DNA of 64,000 nucleotides from Myxococcota bacterium (GTDB lineage Bacteria > Myxococcota_A > Polyangia > Nannocystales > Nannocystaceae). This document shows positions 58,620 through 64,000 of this stretch, in pieces (positions within the stretch are counted from its first letter, which is position 1; every line of letters begins with the position of its first letter). The stretch is taken from the NCBI GenBank assembly GCA_039028615.1, contig JBCCHT010000006.1, positions 96,001 through 160,000 on the forward strand, in the 5' to 3' direction. Both the position numbers and the translations under genes were made by a program. The notes beneath the pieces are model-generated. The model was not told the DNA's origin and made no database searches. It saw only the letters and a list, made by a program, of their open reading frames with translations.

Positions 58620-60395
58620 TCAGTCTCGGTCGATACAGTCAGGGAAAGCTTCACGCCCGGGTTCGCTGACGACGCAGCGATCGGCCAACTCACCAAAGAG
58701 CAAATCGCACCAGGCGCTCTCCCCATCGATCTGTCCGTCGCCATCGTTGTCGATGCCGTCGTCACAGTTGCCGTTGAAGAATCCCTCACAAAGCGCAGGT
58801 TGATTGTCACACTCCTGCCCCGTGGGCATGCGGCGATTGACCCAACCTAGGTATTCGAGCGGGTTTTCGTAGCCCGTCGAGACATACTCCAGCAGTGGCG
58901 ACGGCAGCTGCATCGCGACCGTGCCGGCCGTGACCCAGCGCGACCCGCCTTCGACATACCAACTATAGGAGCCGTCCCCGAGGCGCTGGTCGCCTTCCAC
59001 GTTGAACGACGTGGGGAGAGTCCCCGACACGATGGCGATGGGAGTGATGGAGCCGATCCTGACGTCGTCGAACGTCGTCTCCAGGGAGGTCAGTGTCGAA
59101 CATCCGCTGACGGGCTCACCGAACACCTCCAGACCGGTGTCCGTGCGATAGCCGAGGGTCACCTCGGTGATGCCGAAGAAGCCACAGTCTCGTCCCGGAG
59201 GAGACACGTCGGCATCACAGAGCGTCGTATCGCAGGCGAGCGTCTCGTCCAGGCAATCGGCCGCGCTGCACGCCGGTCCCGTCCGGCACGGGTTCTCGTC
59301 GGCGACCCCGGTCTCGTCGACGAGCACGCAGCCCGCTTCCGCCGAGCCGCCCGCTTCGTCGTCGAGCTCTTCGCAGGCCTCGTGAAGGAAGCCCATCGGT
59401 CGCGTGACTTCGTCGCGAATCTCTTCGTGGATGGATCGCTTGATCTCTTCCGCCGAACGGGCCGTGCCGTCGTCGTTGATGAGGAGGCCGCCGGGTCGCA
59501 GTCCCCATTCCTGCTCGTAGTCACCGGCATCCATGCTCAAGGCCTGCATCGACTCGAGAGAGCAGGTGTCGACCGCCGTCAGGACGCCCAGGTCGCTCAG
59601 GCGCGTGCTCATGCGCGCGAAGTAGCAGGGGTCGGCAACCAGGTCGGGATCGTCCGCCGGATCCACGTCGGGGTCGGGCGGCGGGTCCCAGGCGAGCCGG
59701 ATGTTGCCGCACGCCATCACGGCCTCATCCGGCGTCGGCTCGGGCTCGGCCCCCTTCTTCATGTCCGTCGGGAAGACCATGATGGCCGCGTCCGCCTGGG
59801 TCTGGAGATAGTCCAGACACCGATGGGTCGGCTCGAACATGTCGTGGACGGCGTTGATCTCGTTGCGCGGGCCCTCGAGATCATCGGCCGTCAGGCGCAT
59901 GCCGCGATTGCCGTCCTGCGTTTCATCGATTTCACGGTCGTAGTCGAAGCAGCACCACGACTCGGCCGAGAAATTGCTCGCTTCACTGAGCGCGCTGATC
60001 ATCCGCACCGTGAGAGTGGCGGTGACCTCGAGCTCGCTGGTGGACCGCGTCCCGTCGAGGGTTTCGACCAGCTCCTCGCAGGCCATGGTGCCCTGGAAAT
60101 CACAGAGCGGAGCCTGGGTCGCGATGCCGGCTTCACCGAGCACCTCGAGCAAGCCTTCGACCTGGAACTTGTCGCGGTCGCTCGCCAGACACCGCGCGAC
60201 GCAATCGTCTTCGTTGTCTTCGCGGCTAAGGCCGGGGCTGCCCCCGAGCGCCGAGGGCAGCAGCCCGCAGCGACTCGCCGCCGAGCAGGCGTCCTCGCAC
60301 TGTTGGAAGGTCGGCGTGAGCCGGGCGCAGGACACGGCCGAGAACACCACGCCCATGCCGATGGTCACACCAATGATCGACCAGGAGTGTTTCAT
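58620..60395 (-). CDS. Acidic Cys-rich lipoprotein
   Basis: AVSC lipobox, many Cys, C-terminal CDDGIDNDGDGQID repeat, ATGA overlap with the upstream gene. Confidence 0.75.
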   Translation of the reverse strand: MKHSWSIIGVTIGMGVVFSAVSCARLTPTFQQCEDACSAASRCGLLPSALGGSPGLSREDNEDDCVARCLASDRDKFQVEGLLEVLGEAGIATQAPLCDFQGTMACEELVETLDGTRSTSELEVTATLTVRMISALSEASNFSAESWCCFDYDREIDETQDGNRGMRLTADDLEGPRNEINAVHDMFEPTHRCLDYLQTQADAAIMVFPTDMKKGAEPEPTPDEAVMACGNIRLAWDPPPDPDVDPADDPDLVADPCYFARMSTRLSDLGVLTAVDTCSLESMQALSMDAGDYEQEWGLRPGGLLINDDGTARSAEEIKRSIHEEIRDEVTRPMGFLHEACEELDDEAGGSAEAGCVLVDETGVADENPCRTGPACSAADCLDETLACDTTLCDADVSPPGRDCGFFGITEVTLGYRTDTGLEVFGEPVSGCSTLTSLETTFDDVRIGSITPIAIVSGTLPTSFNVEGDQRLGDGSYSWYVEGGSRWVTAGTVAMQLPSPLLEYVSTGYENPLEYLGWVNRRMPTGQECDNQPALCEGFFNGNCDDGIDNDGDGQIDGESAWCDLLFGELADRCVVSEPGREAFPDCIDRD

Positions 60396-63118
60396 TGTCG
60401 CCCTCCGCTGATGCCCAGGCCGAAGCCGACGTAGACGTTCGCATCTTGGGTCACCGAGGTCGCCGAGCGCAGCAGTGAATCATCTACCGCGCTCAGGCTG
60501 GCCACGCCCATGATGTTGAGCATGACGGGACCGAGCGGCACGCCGATCCCCAAGTCCAGGTTCACGTCGGTATCGAGGTCCAGCACGATGTCCTCGTCGT
60601 TGCCCAGCCGGAACTCGACCAGCGCGGGATCGACCCGCGAGATGTCCACGAGACCGGAGTTGATCGCGACGCCCAGCCGCGCCCGAAGCTCGACGGGGAG
60701 CTTCGTCGCGCGACTCCGTGCCTCGACGTGCGGCGCGAGCAGCAGCGCGTTTCGGATCCACTGCAGGTTCTCCTGCTGGGAGACATCGAGGTCGACCCAG
60801 TCGCCGCGGGTGCCCGAGTAGATTGTGCGCCCGTAGCCCAGGCTGAAGCCGAAACCCAGCCAATGGTTGGGCAGGTACCAGGTGGCCCCGAGCCGAGGAC
60901 GGAGATAGAGCAGCGCCCGGGAACCGTTGGGGGCATAGGCCAGCGGGCCCCCCGAGATGATCATCTCGCCCCACAGGTCGAGGTTGTGGGCCGTGGCGTT
61001 GACGCACACGGCGTCTTCGACCCCCTCCTCGTCCGTGTCGCCGACCACGACCATGTACCAGCCGGGCCGGGGCGGGAACAGCTCGCCCTCGTACACCAGC
61101 GCGCCCGGGTCGGAGCTGATGTCGAGCCGGTCGCGGCTGCGCATCAGCGTCAGGGTATTCTCCTTGTTGCTCGGCTCCGCGAAGGTCTCGCGGACCGCAT
61201 CGATCGCTTCTTTCGATCGAGCCCCGCGATGCGCCAGCTCTTCACAGGCCCGCGGCCGAACCTCCCGCCGAGCGCCCCGCCGGACCTCGTTCCAGGTCCA
61301 CCTGTCGCGAGCGATGGGCCGGAAGCGGGCGACGATCGAGTCGGGCGTCGACAGGTCGACGTCTTTTTCCTCGGGGGCCTCGAAGACGCGACTGACACGA
61401 ATCGGCTGAGACCGACGATAGTGCGTGTCGACGGGGGGCCGGACGATGCGCGGGCTCTGGACCTCGAAGATCCGGTCGAGCAGCGCACCGAGGGCGGCGT
61501 CTTGTTGGTCGACCCCGCCGAAGCCCACGCTCTGCACGTCGATGAAGTCCTCGAGGTCGAGGCCGTCACGGCTGTAGTAGCCGCGCGCGAACAGGTCGCT
61601 GACGTGGATCGAGGTGGCGCGAATGGAGTACGCCCATCGCCCCTGGTCCTTGCCCGAAGGCTCTCCGGGCGTGCACTGCACGGCGAAGGACAGCAGGGTG
61701 TCGATACCCTGGCGCCACGCTTCCTGAGCGGCGGAACCGAGCAGCGCGTTGGTATCGGCGCCTCGTTCGCTGTCGGCTTCGGACCGACCTCCCATCTGGG
61801 TCTCGAGGCTGGCCAGCGCCTCCGAGGCCTCGGCGTAGGCGGAGAAGTTGGCGTAGTCGCGCTCGCCCCGGTGCGCCGGGTCGCGCTCGAGAATGTGTCG
61901 GGCCCGCTCCTGCACGTCGGTCGCCCACATCGGCGACGTCTCGCAGCCGGGCAGCTTGGAGACGCCGAGCACCGCCACTCGCTGCTGGTCGGGGGTGCTG
62001 AGATCGAGCCGCAGGGTGTCGCACTCGCCGGCCGGCCGCAGCTGTTCGGACGGCGCGGTCGCGGCCACGCCGGACAGATGTCGCACGACCGGCCTGTCGT
62101 TTTCACACACGAGCGCCGCGACTTCGTGGTCGGGCACGCCCGAGCCTCGGCGATCGAGGGTGATGGCGACCGTTCGATCCACCGTGGGATCGGGCCCATG
62201 ACCGCCCTTGGGCGTGTCGCAGACATCCGCCGGGGGACCACCGTCGACGCGCACCCCATCGATGAACAGGTGCGTGCCCGCGTTCATGTGCACCGACATG
62301 TCCAGGCACGAGCGGCGAGGCGGCGCCGCCCAGATCACCGAGTTGCGCCCCATGAGCCCGCGCCAGGCCAGCGGGAGTTCTTGGTTTTCGTGGTTGGCGA
62401 ACACCGCCACCGGCGAGGCCTCGGGCACGGCCACGATCAAGAACCGGTGGCCCCCGAGCTGCACCGCTTCTTCGCGGCGAAACCGTCGCGCGTGCACGAA
62501 GTCGCGGGTGCCCATGACCACTGTGACGTCCACGAGGCCGTCGGCGCGGATGGTGAGCAGCCGCGTCCCCTCCATCGCCTTGAGCGGCACCCCCACGCAC
62601 GACGCAAAGCGCGAGGTGAAGGGCAGCTCCTCCGGCTCCTCGTCGGCGCCTACCGCATCGAGGAACTCGGCGAGATCTTCGGAGTTCCGCAGCTCGGGGC
62701 AACGCTCACCCCGGGCAAACTTGGGCAAGACCGACTCGAGCCGCTCCTGGGCGACGAGCGCGGGCGGGGTGCTGTGAAAACCACCGTCGGCCCACGCGGT
62801 GACCGAGCGCCGCTCGTGGCGACGCAAGATCGTGCTCACGACCCCGGCATGCCAGCCCGACGACGACACGAGACGAAACAGGGCGGCGTAGGTGCTCCCG
62901 TCCTCCCGCGGGCCTTCGATGCAGGCGCGGTGCAGCAAATCTCGCTGCGCTCGCCCCAACGTGGTGAGGCTGTGCACCACGTCGCACCCGGCCCCAGACG
63001 CCGAGGTCGCCGAGGTTGCCGAGGTCGGCTCCGCGAGCGCGCTCGCGTGCGCGGTGCCACCAAGGCTGAGCAGGAGCGCCAGGCTCCCCAGCCAACTCAC
63101 GATGGTCGTCATTGCCAT
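60392..63118 (-). CDS. Large secreted protein with PEGA-like segment and probable C-terminal outer-membrane beta-barrel
   Basis: Signal peptide ending TAHA, AGTHLFIDG, amphipathic C-terminal strands. Start is 63118 or 63112. Confidence 0.65.
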   Translation of the reverse strand: MAMTTIVSWLGSLALLLSLGGTAHASALAEPTSATSATSASGAGCDVVHSLTTLGRAQRDLLHRACIEGPREDGSTYAALFRLVSSSGWHAGVVSTILRRHERRSVTAWADGGFHSTPPALVAQERLESVLPKFARGERCPELRNSEDLAEFLDAVGADEEPEELPFTSRFASCVGVPLKAMEGTRLLTIRADGLVDVTVVMGTRDFVHARRFRREEAVQLGGHRFLIVAVPEASPVAVFANHENQELPLAWRGLMGRNSVIWAAPPRRSCLDMSVHMNAGTHLFIDGVRVDGGPPADVCDTPKGGHGPDPTVDRTVAITLDRRGSGVPDHEVAALVCENDRPVVRHLSGVAATAPSEQLRPAGECDTLRLDLSTPDQQRVAVLGVSKLPGCETSPMWATDVQERARHILERDPAHRGERDYANFSAYAEASEALASLETQMGGRSEADSERGADTNALLGSAAQEAWRQGIDTLLSFAVQCTPGEPSGKDQGRWAYSIRATSIHVSDLFARGYYSRDGLDLEDFIDVQSVGFGGVDQQDAALGALLDRIFEVQSPRIVRPPVDTHYRRSQPIRVSRVFEAPEEKDVDLSTPDSIVARFRPIARDRWTWNEVRRGARREVRPRACEELAHRGARSKEAIDAVRETFAEPSNKENTLTLMRSRDRLDISSDPGALVYEGELFPPRPGWYMVVVGDTDEEGVEDAVCVNATAHNLDLWGEMIISGGPLAYAPNGSRALLYLRPRLGATWYLPNHWLGFGFSLGYGRTIYSGTRGDWVDLDVSQQENLQWIRNALLLAPHVEARSRATKLPVELRARLGVAINSGLVDISRVDPALVEFRLGNDEDIVLDLDTDVNLDLGIGVPLGPVMLNIMGVASLSAVDDSLLRSATSVTQDANVYVGFGLGISGGRQ

Positions 63119-64000
63119 TCGACCTTCACCCTGCATGGAAGTTTGTCCGACCAGTTGGACACGATCCGGCTCTTCTTCAGGCCCGACAAGCGACCGCTCG
63201 CGGTCTTCTTGGCGTCGCCGCAGTCCTTGCACGAGCCGAGCTTGGAGCTGCCGTCCTCACGGACCCAGACCTCGACCGAGTAGCGCCCCTGGTCCGGCGA
63301 CTTGAGCTTGTCGCCGACCATCTCCGACAAGTCGCCGGGACATCGAGCCCCCGGGCGGCCCGTGGTCACCACCACCGCCTCGGGCTCGGGCTCGGTCTTC
63401 ACCGGTCGTCGCGGACGGCGGCTCCGCGGCGTGTTCGCGGGTGCGCCCGTGCTGTCCGCCCCTGCGTCGGCGGCCTCGCCCGTCTCCCCTCCGGTCGTGC
63501 CCGCAGCGCTTCCGGTCGAGGAGGTCTCGTCCGGCTCGCCCGAGCCACCGCCCGTGCTCCCCGACTCGGCGGCGGGGGTCGGCTTCGCGGGCTCGGACGC
63601 GGTCGTGGCCACGACTGGAGCCTCGGGAGTCGGAGCTGGACCCGCTGCGCTCTCGGTCGGGTCGTCGGACATCAGCAGCGACAGGGCCCCCGCCGCACCT
63701 CCGAGCAGCAGCAGCACGACCGCGATGATGAGCCCGATGCTCGTGCCGCCCTTGCGCTCCGGGGCGGCGGGGCCGGCAGACGTCGAGACAAGAGCCTCGA
63801 CCGCGGGCGCGGCCACCGGGGGCACGAGGAGCAGGCTGGCGTCGCCGTCCTCGGGCCGCGCGTACAGCTGCAGGCTCGCCCAATCGAGCTGGGTCACCTC
63901 GCGCGAGGCCGCGGATCGGGCATCGACGAAGGCGCGCTCGATCGGGTCACCACGCCACAGCCCGGCGTAGAGCGCCGTGGTCATGCGGGTCGAGCCTCGC
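63109..64000 (-). CDS. Partial: probable CHAT-domain protein with TM helix and Pro/Thr linker (N-terminus outside window)
   Basis: TTALYAGLWRGDPIERAFVDAR...DWASLQLY resembles the end of a CHAT domain; TM segment IGLIIAVVLLLLGG. The frame is open to the window edge. Confidence 0.6.
   Translation of the reverse strand, partial: RGSTRMTTALYAGLWRGDPIERAFVDARSAASREVTQLDWASLQLYARPEDGDASLLLVPPVAAPAVEALVSTSAGPAAPERKGGTSIGLIIAVVLLLLGGAAGALSLLMSDDPTESAAGPAPTPEAPVVATTASEPAKPTPAAESGSTGGGSGEPDETSSTGSAAGTTGGETGEAADAGADSTGAPANTPRSRRPRRPVKTEPEPEAVVVTTGRPGARCPGDLSEMVGDKLKSPDQGRYSVEVWVREDGSSKLGSCKDCGDAKKTASGRLSGLKKSRIVSNWSDKLPCRVKVEWQ

Overview
High-GC bacterial chromosome segment. It is most likely from a Nannocystaceae-type myxobacterium; this is inferred from the many Cys-rich lipoproteins with S/T/G linkers, Hanks kinase-TPR proteins and an AgmX/PglI-type C-terminal domain. 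It holds about 50 CDS. Core genes are the glyoxylate shunt (aceB-aceA) with a divergent RamB/ScfR-type regulator, panC and a putP-like symporter. Most of the rest are envelope proteins of unknown function. No rRNA, tRNA, CRISPR array, transposase or integrase was seen. The main hidden signal is a lipoprotein peroxiredoxin-like gene that the ORF track splits at an in-frame TGA; the TGA gives a U-P-A-C redox motif and is followed by a SECIS-like hairpin, so this is a probable selenoprotein. Other highlights: (1) a translationally coupled operon of a CHAT-like membrane protein, an outer-membrane barrel protein and a Cys-rich lipoprotein at the window end; (2) a low-GC islet next to panC with an orphan toxin-like gene and a poly-G inverted repeat; (3) a 167-bp MITE-like element; (4) a family of related intergenic hairpins; (5) an FHA/pseudo-AAA regulator overlapping a kinase; (6) a structured leader upstream of a small gene. 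All domain calls come from visual motif recognition, not database searches.
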